This document shows, piece after piece, positions 47,685-64,000 of a stretch of DNA of 64,000 bases; position 1 is the first letter of the stretch; every line of letters begins with the position of its first letter. Source of the stretch: Geosiphon pyriformis uo1 (Eukaryota; Fungi; Glomeromycota); contig JAAOMT010000703.1 of assembly GCA_016748015.1 (NCBI GenBank), forward strand, positions 742,255 to 806,254, given 5' to 3'. A program made the position numbers and the translations under genes. Under the pieces are notes generated by a model that made no database searches, had not been told where the DNA came from, and saw only the letters and a program-made list of their open reading frames with translations.

Positions 47685-50600
47685 GCGTGTATCAAAGCAG
47701 TTATTAATAAGAGAATGGAAAGTTTTGAATTAGACAAGGGTTACATCATTAGAAGTGTTTTGGAGTACCCCTTTCGCAAGGTGGTACTGGATCATCTGGT
47801 AGTAGATGACAAATTGGTATTAAAGCCAAGCCTAGTTAAATCTAAGATGGATGAGATTATGGAAGATTAGACCAGGAAGTGCAGAGTGATGTCTGACATT
47901 TCAGATGAATGGTCTTGCCAATACCGGCCTTTGGAATATGTTTTTGATGATGCCTTTTCTGGCATAATGTGTTCTGTTGATGTTGATGAGTTGCTTGGTG
48001 TGGTTTCTAATCTTCCTGAGGGTAAAGCTGCTGGTCTATCTGGGATTTTAAATGAACTCTAAAAACATTGCAATGAATCAGTTTTGGATATGTTTTTGGT
48101 GCTTTTGAATTCTTGTTTGATTCACAAATTAGTATTCAGTGCTTAGAAAAAAGCTTAAGTCTCAATGATTTCTAAGCCATATGAATGGGATGGAGTTCTT
48201 ACAAACATCCAACCTATTGCCTTGATTAAAACTGTCTGCAAAATTCTTTCCAAAATTCTCTTGAATAGGATCTTGTCAGCATGTAGTACTTTTGATGTTT
48301 TGCATGAGGACAATTTTTCAGTCCTAAGAGATACGATGATACAGTCACCTATTTTTGCCATTGGTTCAGTAGTTGAAGATATTTTAGAGAAGAGTCATGA
48401 ATTCTGGTTGGTCTTGCAGGACATGTGGAAGACTTATGATTCTGTTGGGTGAAAACATCTTCGAAACAGTTTGGTTAGGATAAAGATGTGTAGTAGATTC
48501 ATTAGGTTTTTTGGTGGTATTTATAATGATCATGTTAATAGGGTTATGACAGATTTTGGTTTGACAGATAGATACAGAGTGCACAACAGCTTAGACCAGA
48601 AAGAGGTGTTCTCACCACTCCTTTGGCCCATATTTTATGATCCTCTTCTGTGTGAAGTTAAGAGACAGGCAGATAGGTGTGGATATAAGTTGAATTTTTA
48701 CTTTATTTCTGGATGTGGTCATGCCAAATCTTGGGCTGGTCTCTTCTTCTTTTTTGCCATGGGTGCCTTTGTTAATAATACTATATGGGTTGGCAGTAGT
48801 TGAAGTACTACACAACACATTCTTAACATTGCTAGTGAATTTTTTGATATCAATAATATTTCAATTAATAATAATAAGACTGTGGTCATTTTTATCAATT
48901 ACAAGATTGCAGATTCTTCTCTGTTGATCAGCAGATCACCTATTTTTATTGCCAAGAGAGGGAAATCACATTGCTATTTAGGGATCTATCTGTCGACTGA
49001 GGGTCTTTCTAAACTTAGCTTGGCCAAAGCACATTCTGATGTCTGGTTTTTTGCTAATCTGGTTCTCAAGAAGACAGTATCTGATAAACAGTTTTAATAT
49101 TTGGTTTTGGCAGTCCTCTTTCCTATTGTTGGTTATAGAACACAATTCAGTTATGTTTCTGTCAATGCTTGTAAAAAGTGGGACACTTTGATTCATAAGG
49201 ACTTGAAATCTAAGTCTGGTCTGCTATGTAACTTCCCTAGTAATACAATTCATCATCCTTCTTTGTATGGTTTGAAGACTTTTGAGCAGATTTAGGCTAA
49301 AAATAAGTCGGCTTCAGTCATTTCTTTTGTAAACTCTGTTGGTATTTTGGGTTATCTATTCTCTCACTGGTCACATGATCTTCAGGTCCTCTGCTGGCAT
49401 CTACTTTATTCTTTGCAGTACCTGGTTCATGTCAAGGTCAACCCTCTGAATAATTTTCTGGCTGGTATGGTGTGCATTTTCTCTGGGAGTAATTTGTCCT
49501 TGGGTGGCTCCTTGACTGATGCTTTTCATTGTTGGGATAAAACCCCTATGTCTTGTGTTCTTGGTAAATCAACTTATTTTAAGTGTGTCTCTTTGCTTCA
49601 GCATTATAGAATTATCTTCGTGGACCAGCTGCTTAACCAAAGTGGAGCTATTTTTGATTGGAAAACCTTCAAATAGTGAAAGCAGTTGGACCCATATGGT
49701 CCAGTTTCTGTCTGGTTTGAGCTTTCTGTTTAATTTCTTGGTAGTGCATCCTTTTTTTCTGTCTATTCCTCATCTTTGGATGATGGCAGCTCTTCAAATA
49801 TTCTTCATTTTTGTGGGTTTAGTGCTATTAATGCCAATTTGTTGTGTTCTAATGTTGATCACCTTTCTATCTATACAGATAGATCTTTGAGTGACTTGGG
49901 GTTTGTTGATATGAAAGTCGGGGCTGTTGTTTTCTTTGGAAACATTGGTATAGGTTTGAGTGTGGGAGTTTCTGGTTTGATGTTTTCTACTTTAACAGAG
50001 TTGCAAGCCATTGCTCTAGCTTTCGAGTGTGTCCCTCCTTCTTGCTCGATCAATTTGTTCTCAGACAGTCAAGCAGCTTTGGATGCTTGTAAGTTGGAGT
50101 TGGATTTGGTTCACCTGGATTTTAGAAATTAGTGTTGAATTGAACGTTGCCACATTGTAAATATCATTTGTCATAAGAATTTGAATGTTAATTGGTATAA
50201 GGTTAAAGACCATTTGGGTGTTTCAGGCAATGAGTGTGTGGATGAATTGGCCAGAGCTACAGCTCTCTCTAACTAGAATCTGTTCTATTCTATCAATGAA
50301 TGCTATCTTAGAGTTGGTGGTGCTGCCATTTCTGGTAATTCTAGGCATTTTGTTTAGGATGTTTTTCGGTCAGTCCATTGTGCACATTGGGAAATTGGTT
50401 CTGGTTTGCGGGTGGTGGTGGATAATCTGTGCATGGATATTGATTGGTTCAAATCATCACTGATTTGGCATCCGGACTTTTACATGGCTGCTGGCTTCAC
50501 TAGCAAGCAGACTGCTGGTTTCTGAATGTATTTTATGAAGGCATTGCATCTTTGGCTCACTATTGCCGTGCATAAACAGCTTTATAATAAGAGTTACTCT

Positions 50601-51479
50601 AGTGTGGTGTGTTTGTTTTGTGGTGATGTCAAAGTTTTGGACCATGCTTTTTCTTGTTTGTTTGATGCCAATAATTGTGCTCGTTTGTTGGACTCTTATG
50701 CATTAGCTTGAAAAGTGTGATCTGATCTGGATCATTCTTTTTTAGTTGTCTTACAGCTGTTGTTCATTTGTTCATCTGACGTTTTGGTCAGTACTGCTTT
50801 GTGCAAGGGTTTTGTTTTCAAGGATTGGTTTTATAAATCTGTCTCTGTTTTCAAGAATTCTAAAGTAGTGAATCAGAATATTGTGGCCTTTATGTATGAG
50901 TTTAATCATGCTTTCTGAAAAGACATTTGGTTGGTTCATGCCAAGCACTGTGCTTTTATTGAAAAAAATAGACTTATTTCACATGATAGATCTGTTCTTA
51001 TCTCAATTTCTGGGCTTCTTTCAGTGCTGTTGGTGGGCATGATTGGATTGCTGGGTGTTGTTGAGACAATTGGTGTTGGTTTCGGTTTTCATAAGTCTTG
51101 TTTGTTTTTTTCAGACATAGGTAATGAAGTTTCTGTTTATATAGGTGTATAGTATTGTCTTGATTGGTCTGAATAACTGGTCACGTGTAAAAAGTACATA
51201 ATTCACACCTAGTTTAGATCATTTGTATGATGTATTGCACTAGGCAGTGTTTGAACTTCACTCGTTAAATGTTTAAAAAAAAAAAGTTAAAATAAAAGAA
51301 AAAACTGTTAAAAAAATATGATATTAGAAATTAACCAACAAAATTGCCAACTATAATATGTTTAATTTATTAAATAAAATTCAAAAAACTATTAACAACT
51401 ATATTTTATTTGTTAAGAACAAAAATAATATTTTGTTTAAATTAATACTTACTTTTATACAAATTGTCTTATTTTATAT

Positions 51480-54400
51480 TAAAATTAGTAGTTAATACAA
51501 AAAAATTTATTTTTTTTGGGTTTTTTAAAATTTGTGTTTAAATATTTTTAATATTAATTTTTATATTATTTTGTATAAAAATTTTGTGCTAAAGTTTTAG
51601 TTAATTAAAGCTGTATTAATGTTCAAAAAAATTAGTTCAGCCATATTTAAATTAGTTAATTTTATTTATAAATTGATTATTAATTACAGAAACAAAATTT
51701 GGTTGTTTAACTTAAAATTTAAAATGAATATAAAAAAAAACAGTTTTTTATTTATTAAACATATTTAATTTCTGTTAAAAAGCTTTTTATTTATATTTTA
51801 AAAAAAGTTGTCTTTTTATTAAATATAAAAGAAAGATACATAATTTGTTTTAAACATAAATTATATTATCTGTTTTTTATTAATGCAAATAATACAATTA
51901 ATATTAATATAGCTGTATAGTATAATTTAGTTTAGTTAAATAGTTAATTATATATAAAAAATATATGAATCATGTCTAATTTAAAACTCTATATAATTAT
52001 AATAATTAAATTATATTTATTAAGCTAAATAATAATAAAAAAAGCAATAGTACCAGAAAAAAAATTTTTAAAATAAATAATAACATATTATTATAAGCCA
52101 ATAAACTTTAATTTAATTAAAATAACAACACTAAAAATACTTAAAATATTTTTGATATTATTAGAAAATATGCTAAAAAAAATATTACAAAATACAACAA
52201 AAATAAAATAAAAAAACCAAAAACTATTACAGAAAATTTACAATTTTAAATATAATTAAAAAAAAAATTATTAACAACAATTTTAGTAATAACAATTAAA
52301 AAAAACTTGAAAACAAAATTTACACAAAACAATTTAACATTGTTTTTTAAAACAAACTTAAATCCAACAAAACTAGTATTATTTATGTAAAAAAACAATA
52401 AAAACAATAAAAAAAAATATAGTATAAATAATCAATAATAAAATATAATATTATTAGAATATATAATATTAGAAATTTTAAAAATACCAATAAAAATTTT
52501 AATAATAACTTAAAAAAATTGTAAAAATTTTAGAAATTTTATATTATAAAGATTTATATATATATATTAAAAATATTAAAAACAAAAAAAATAGAATATC
52601 TTAAAAATAAACAAACAAATATAATTTTTTTTATTATAACTTTAATAACTAATTTAATATTTAATATCTATAATTATTCTAATAAAAAACATTAATTTAT
52701 TATATTTAAAACTATTATTTTATAAATCTATACTTAACTTATTAAATTTAATCTATTTATATTAATATTAATAATATTATTATTATGTAATTTACAATAC
52801 TAAAACAATAATTCTTGATTATAACTATTAATAAAATATTAATTTCTATTTTTGTTTTATTTATTTTCTAATTGATTAAAAAAAAAGCACTAAAATTATA
52901 ATATTAAAAATTGTTTAATAAAAAAGACCAAAAAGAGCATAAATATAATAATAAAAACTAAAATTGTTTACTAAAAATATAAGTATTAGAATAAACTGGT
53001 TATTAAACCAAAAAAAACTTATCTTAATTATTAATTATAATTATATTAAATTTTTGTTTATTATACAAAAAACTCCAACTAAAATCTTAAAATTTTTTTT
53101 AAAGTATATTAACTATTAATTTAAGCACTAAATTACAGAATCAATCAAACTTATCCAAAAAAATTATCTATAATATTGGTTTTTGTATCAAATTACTACT
53201 AATAAAATCTAAAATAATGTCTTTAATTAACTTTTTTTTGAACATATTATTATTAAAAATGATTATTAAAACAATAACAAAAGAATTTGTGTTTTGTAAA
53301 ATTGTGAAAATAAAACAATAAAAAACAAACCCAATTTTTTTTAAAATAGACTCTTTAAAAAATTTTAAATATATAAAAAAAAAGTTTTTATTAATTTTAC
53401 TGTTTTTAATAATTGATTTATATTAATTAAAAAAGATAATATTAGAATTTTTTTTTGTTTAACCAAAAAGAAATTATTATTTTACAAGATATTTTTAAAA
53501 CCAAATTAATCAACTTTTTTTTTGATTGTACTGTTTTTGAAATCAGTAATTTAATTTTTTAAGTTGGTAATTATATTTGTTTTATTTTCTATTTTTTTAA
53601 TTTTTATTATTATTAATATTTTGTTATTGTAATTTTTTATTCTTTAGACATTTTAAATTTTGTTATTTTAAAAATTAATACTTACACAAATATTATATTT
53701 AGTAAAAAACTTCTAAATATTATTACTATTATAAATATTATAATTTAAACTATTTAATTATAAATTGTAATATGTTTTTAAGTTTTTTTTTTAAATTTAC
53801 TAATAGTTTTAAAAATGTTAATTTATTTTTAATTAATTTAAAATTATATATTAAAACTGTTGCTTTTTAGGTTTTTTCTGTTATTGTACTTTTGGTTTTA
53901 TCTGTTATTATATTTATTATTAATCCTGTAATTAGTTTTAATCTAAATTTTTTGAAATCTTAAATCTTAAATTTGGTTGTTTTAATTAAATTTATTATTA
54001 AATTAATTAATTTTTTGATCACTTTAATTATTTTTTTTAACTGAAAATATGTACAAAAATTTTAAAATTAAAAAAACTTGCTTTTTATGTTAAATGTTTT
54101 TCAAAACTTTGCTAATTTTTTGGTTAATATATTTAAAAACTTTGTTAATCTTAAAATTAAAGTAAAATTTAATAATATAGATAATAATAAATTTAGTACT
54201 ATTAAAGTATTTTCTTTAAATAAAAACATTTTTAAATATTTGGTTACTTTGTAATAAATGTATTTATTTTTAATAATTAAAATTTAAATAATATTATAAA
54301 ATAACTTAATAGATTAAGTTTTTTTTTCAGTCTTTTTTAATTCAATTTAATTGGTATTTTAACTAACTCAAATAGTTAATTATATATAAAAAATACATAA

Positions 54401-55300
54401 AACATATTTAATTTAAATTACTTAGTTTAATATATTATATTGGATAATATTTGAACATATTTTGTTAAATTTAATTAAAAAGCTAATTATTATTTATAAT
54501 TATAATAAAATTAAGTATTATAATTGATAATATTATTATAAAAGTAATAAAAATATTAAAAAAAACAAAAAAAACAAAAGTTTTATTTTATACAAAAAAA
54601 AGTTGGTTTTAATATAATTAAAATATTATTAAACATATTAAAAAAAACAAAGTTTTTTGATATTATAAAAAAATTAATAACTAATTTAAAAAAATTGATT
54701 TTTTGTTGTTTTAATTTTTATTATTATTTAAGTAATCAAAAAAAAAATTACAAAAAAAATTACAATAATTATATTAAAACTAATTTTAATGTATTGTTTT
54801 AAAAAATTTTTACTTAAAACCAAAAAAAATGCTCTAAAATTAGCAAAAAATTGGTTTATTACAATGTAATTTAAAAAAATATTATTAAATAGTTTTTATA
54901 ATTATAAATATATTTTTAATAAAAATATTATTAATAATTTTAAATACTATAATATTTGTAGTTTTTTTATTTTTTATTTTAATTGTAATTATAAAAATAT
55001 AAAAAAAAGTTTAATATTTAAAAAAAGCAAAACAAAAAAACAAAATAAATAATATTATATTACAAAATCACAAAAATATTACAAAAATAAAAAATTTGTT
55101 TTTTAACATATTAATTTGATTAACTATTTTAAAATTCTTAACTAAAAATTAAAAATTGGTACTATTATTACAAAAACACATTTAAAGTTTATAAACAAAA
55201 CAAAAAAGTTAAATAATAAAATATTTAACTTTATTTTTACAAAAATAATAATTTTATATATATTATACTTTAATATTATTTACTTTAATGTTATTTATTT
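51480..55300. repeat. Extremely AT-rich field of ghost transposon fragments
   Basis: Decayed LINE tails at about 51920-52045 and 54355-54480; family-S LTR remnant at about 52800-53175; remainder unassigned. Confidence 0.65.
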
Positions 55301-55711
55301 TAATACATATCTTATTATTAAACATCTTTTCAGTCATTTTATTATTTATATTAATAGTTCACAAGAAAACCTATTTAACAAAATCAATTTGCATTTTAAA
55401 ATTGTTCTCAATTAGCATACACTGGAAATAAACACCCAATACCAGTTACTTAAAAAGAGCAGGATTCTTATCAACTGCGTTTCTAAAAAGTGAACAATCC
55501 TGTAAATTATTATTAATCATTTGATTTGCCAGTGAGATATCAATGGAATTTGCGTCAACATCACGCTAATTTTTTTGCGTATCTAATATAGAGGTCTTTC
55601 CCGCTTAGGACTTCACGCGCTTTTTGCTCATTTCCTTGGGTTGTTCAATTTTTTCATTTCACCTTTATTGCTCAGACCAAAGCTGTTCAAGAAGTTTTTC
55701 TCAAAAAACAA

Positions 55712-59605
<3,894 letters not shown>

Positions 59606-60384
59606 TAGGTATCGAAACTGTTCATGATCAGTATTTTTCATATTTCCCACATCGACATTCGCCTACCAAAATTTGCCGGGAATTCCGGCTGGACAAATCC
59701 CTGCAGAAGATTAGAGAGTTCTGCCCGAATTTCCCGGCCATCTTCTAGCAACGTGGTTAGGCTTTCACGAGATCACATAATATGTAGATAGCACATACAA
59801 AATTATTAATATAGCATACCACAACCCTTTTAGATGACAAGATTCGCCAAAAGCAAATATTTTTGCAGCAGACTTTATTAATGGTCAATATCATATAAAT
59901 TCCGCAGTATATTTGTTAATCCACGTACTATTGGAAATTGTAGAGCTTGTAAGTGGAACAAATGAAATTTGTAATAAATGATTTTTAATAAATGATACTG
60001 AAATTATTATGTACATAAAGCAAGTGTTTAAATCTTAAGCTTTAGCAAAATAATTTGTTTTTACATTATGAAAAATACAAATATTTAATATTAAGTTATA
60101 TGAAAAAAATTGGTTTGAAATCATATAATTTAATTTTACAAAAAAATTTTATTACATATTATATATTTATCAACATGTTTAAAATTATTTAAAAAACAAC
60201 AGCCAAAAAATTTATTAAATTATTTTATAGTTGAAAATAAACAATTAAGGCTTTAAAAGTTTTCAACAACATAGTAAAAAACAACATTAATTGAAAAAGA
60301 ACTGCAACTTAAAGTTTGGTTTAATAAACATAAATTTTTGCATAAAACATTTTCAGTTATTATATAAATATTAAATATTTTAAA

Positions 60385-61000
60385 GGGAATTGCTAAATCG
60401 ACCCACCCGCAACACGTGATATCATTTACGTCATAGTTTCGTATTCAACTATATATAAGAACATATTAACGAGTTTATAATCAAAGAGCTCTAGAATAAA
60501 CTTAATAAGTTTTTATAAAATTACGGATTATATTCATATGATGTTATCACCTCCAGAAACATCATATAGCTCTTGTGAGATGATGATACAAAGTTTTAAC
60601 ACTTTTACGTAGTTACAAAACGACACTTTGCTACTAATGATACTCATATTATCTTCAAATGTGATCAGAAAAATAAATATAATGTTTCTAAAAGACTTGT
60701 ATTAGAAAATTAACAATGAAAAACAACTGTATATGAACAATTATTCAAAGTTAATAAATACTGGTATTTAATAGTTTGTAATACTAAACATAATTATAAG
60801 TCATTTAATAATATTGCTGAACATTTTGCTGCTCAATAACTACATGTCTTTGAAAATATGATTAAAGAAGTTGAAACATAACAAAGTATTGAGTATATTT
60901 AAATTTGTTATAATCACAACATTTCTTTCTTTCAAAATATTGTATAACAAGTCTCAATTTTTGTTTTAAAAGCAATCTATAGACAGTATTTTCTTGCATA
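60385..61000 (+). mobile_element. Left end and decayed N-terminus (FAR1-type DNA-binding domain) of a Mutator-like DNA transposon
   Basis: GGG-initiated GC-rich end, TATATAA, ATG at 60541 (MLSPPETSYSS); then FKCDQKNKY..*Q*KT..WYLIVCNTKHNY..AEHFAAQ*L, a decayed form of CDRGGKY..RQRKT..W..HNH..GHP.ARRL recalled from fungal MULE transposases. Confidence 0.62.
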
Positions 61001-61479
61001 AAAACCATTAAATAATAATATAATATTTTGTTTTGGTGTTTTTTAACAACAATAAGCTTTTTATGTAAACATCAAATTCGAAATATACTTATTATTAGAG
61101 AAATTTTCTTTATAAATCAGTTTTATTTTATTTAATATCTAATAAATACAAATTATATTTTTATAATAATTGATCTTGAAGCTAATATTTCAATATTTAT
61201 TTTAAGTTTAGATCTATTGTTTAAAAAAATAAATTGAACATATTAACTTTTAATTCTATATTAACAAAAAATAATGTGTATTTAATTAATTTAGATTTTA
61301 ATTATATCTTTTATAATAAAAAATTTTTTTAATTAATAAACTTAAAAATGTTTTTTAGATGCTTTAAATTACTTTTAACAAAATATTGCTTATTAAAAAT
61401 TATTTATTTAATGAAATTTATTCCAATTTGAAATTGTTAAATATATTTTTTCTTAAATTTAAGTATATAAATATAAAAA

Positions 61480-64000
61480 TTTTTTTTATTAATAGTTTTA
61501 TAAATAAGATTCAATTACTATTTAGCATATAAAACCAAATTAAGTGGTTTAAATTAAACATAACTTACATATTAACTATATATAACCAATTATTTGGGCC
61601 AGACAAAACAATATTATATACCTATATATATATTAATATTATTATTTAAACCAAAAAAAAAACAAAACATATATTTACCAAAACTAATAATAAAAAATTT
61701 AATAATTCCAAGTAAATAAATCATTCTATCTAACAAGCTTTTTACCAAGTTATAAGACAAACAAAAAATTATACTGTTATTTTCTATTGGATTAGTTTTT
61801 TCTATATCTACCATATATTTAGATTTTATGAGTTATATCCTTAAATAATATTTTTCTATTACATATCTAACAAATTTAATTACAGTTAAGATTGTTTTTT
61901 TTTTAATGGCTGCAAAGATTTCAACACACCAATTTTTTAGTACAAAGCTTTTGCAAATTATAGTATATAAACTCATATTTAATAAGTATTTAGAAAGAAT
62001 TTCTAAAACAGCAAAAAAAAAACATAGATACTAACCAATAAAATCCAAAAGTTTAAAGGCTCTGTTAAAATTTTTTCACAAATATTAACATTTTTAGCAT
62101 AAATAAAAACATGATTCAGCATTTTTATTTTACTACAAAGTAAATATAACATATTAAAATACAGTCTATTATATAATTTTTTCTTAATAGCCAATAATAA
62201 TTATTTATATACTGTTTTTATCAAATATATACACAAATTGGTTGACTTTTTGTTAGTAAATTCAGACAACATATGTAAATCAGGATGTCAAATCTGTGCA
62301 ATAAACCTCTAATTTATTTTTTTAATAAAAACACAAAAAATTATATCATAACTAGAATTAACTTTCCAATAAATATGTCCAATTGATCTATATATATTAT
62401 AAACAAAATAATAAATATTGTCAAATATAACTATGTTATTAGCCATAGTATAATATTCATTTACTCTATTTAGCAAAAAAAAGGAATAAGTAGTCATACT
62501 AATCAACAAATTAGCTCAGACCAAAGTACTTCCTAAAATTAGCACACTTATAAGAACTATCTTTATTAAAATCTTTATTCAAGATAACAAAAAAAAATTT
62601 ATTTACAGCTTTTGCAATTAATAAGTTAATTTTACTAGTCTAAGCCAAATACATTACTAGTATTATATTAGCATACAGCCCCAAAATCAAAACAGAAAGC
62701 TTATTTTTAAAAAATAATCTAATAGATAAAAACTAACCAAAAATCTTAAAAATTTTATATATATGTCTTGCCAAGACAATATTTATAACAATTACAATAC
62801 CAGAACTCAAATAACTAGAATCCAAACCAGAAGTAAACATATAAATACTATTAAACTTATTAGCAATCTATAAATGAATTTTTTTTTGGTTTTGTTTCAG
62901 TAACAATCAAAATCAAATTGTTCATATTTTTGTGTTAATGAATAATATCTACTTGTTTAACAAAGTTGTTTATACTCTTAATATTGCACATAACTATTTT
63001 TTAAATAAGATTGGTTATTAAGAAAAATAAGTATCAAAACCCAAACCAATATTGTTTACTTTGGCTATTAAGTCTGTAACTATGATTAACAAATTGTTTA
63101 TATTCTTTTCCAATTTTTAGACAACCAATAGGTCAAAAACCACCACTTTTATAATAGTCTTATTATTAGTAATCACACCCAAATTCTTACTTATTACTAC
63201 ATCTATCTTTTAATTTTGTGATAAAGAGGTTATCAATGGCTGACATTTAAGACTAGACTAAAAAACTGTTAGTCTAAATACATTCAATCTTTTAACCAGT
63301 TTATTAATCTGCTTTGTAAGACTGGCAAGACTATATTCAAGAGCAATAAATCTACAATTTATTTTTTTAGACACTAACAAAATAGGTTTTACCTCCAGAA
63401 AGAAGCCAAAATTTGATAAACTATTATATACAAAAAAAAAAGAAAGACCCACCAACAATTTTTGCTCAAAAAAACCACTAAAAACAACTGGATGAGTAAT
63501 AAAAGCTGAATATTTGACATAGATAATTGTCAATCTGCTTTTATTTATGTTTGACAATACTTTACAAAAGAGACTACCAAAAAAAATTTCCACTTATAAA
63601 ACAGTGCAATAATATATAACTCATATTTCTATATTTTGCATATTTGGCAAAAACCAAATAAAATCAGCACAGATTGGTGCTTTTTAGTACTAATGTAATT
63701 TTCATGATGGTATCAAGTAACTTAGCAAAATTGAAGCAAACAACAGCATATTTGAATCAAACATATGTAACTAAATGTCAATTAATAACACATATATTTT
63801 TACTAATTAATTTAATGAAATCTTAGATATTATAAACATTTGTTTTTATTTATAGTATATAAAGTAGTGTCTTATTACAGTTTTTTACATCTTATAAATC
63901 TTTTTTTTATTAGCTTTTGTTATACACACAGTATTCTTTCTAATCAGAATAAACCATTTTACTATGACCAAATTAGCATGCTTTATTTGTTCAAACTTAA
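61480..64000 (-). mobile_element. LINE copy 4, heavily decayed, with an internal deletion of RT and most of RNase H; 5' end outside the window
   Basis: ORF1 remnant 63258-63593; APE start about 63010-62520; ORF2 C-terminus 62509-61614; tail and poly-T at 61480. Confidence 0.82.

Larger units (their letters stand above)
34556..51283 (+). mobile_element. LINE copy 3, full length, interrupted by Gypsy B; TSD AAGTTAAAATAAAA
   Basis: ORF1 about 34600-36636; ORF2 36633-37857 plus 47689-51152; tail 51153-51283; TSD at 34504-34517 and 51284-51297. Confidence 0.92.

Overview
AT-rich, intron-bearing eukaryotic DNA, most consistent with a glomeromycotan fungus; the repeat families resemble Geosiphon-like genomes (inference). 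About 55 kb is a nested stack of retroelements of different ages. Ty3/Gypsy elements: a dUTPase-bearing copy running off the left edge (1-5844), an old copy (11608-23569) holding a solo LTR that itself holds a non-autonomous LTR element, a young dUTPase-bearing copy (37858-47684) with assembly gaps, and AT-saturated ghost copies. RNase H-bearing LINEs: one uninterrupted (23578-30318), two interrupted by Gypsy insertions, one internally deleted, plus several orphan tails. There is also an ORF1-only retroposon sharing the LINE 3' tail (30714-33003) and a decayed Mutator-like transposase end. The only intact host gene is a 14-exon HELLS/LSH/DDM1-type SNF2 remodeler (55712-59605) in a CpG-retaining island. 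Main leads: a Gypsy lineage with an unknown multi-zinc-finger domain plus dUTPase, a stand-alone integrase ORF and an extra 3' ORF; 4-bp TSDs fitting a CpG-centred target; two Gypsy insertions about 75 bp apart in LINE ORF2; a U5 anti-PBS hairpin shared by several LTR families; the ORF1-only element; and near-pure C>T/G>A hypermutation of repeats, mostly outside CpG. All alignments were done by eye; no searches were run.
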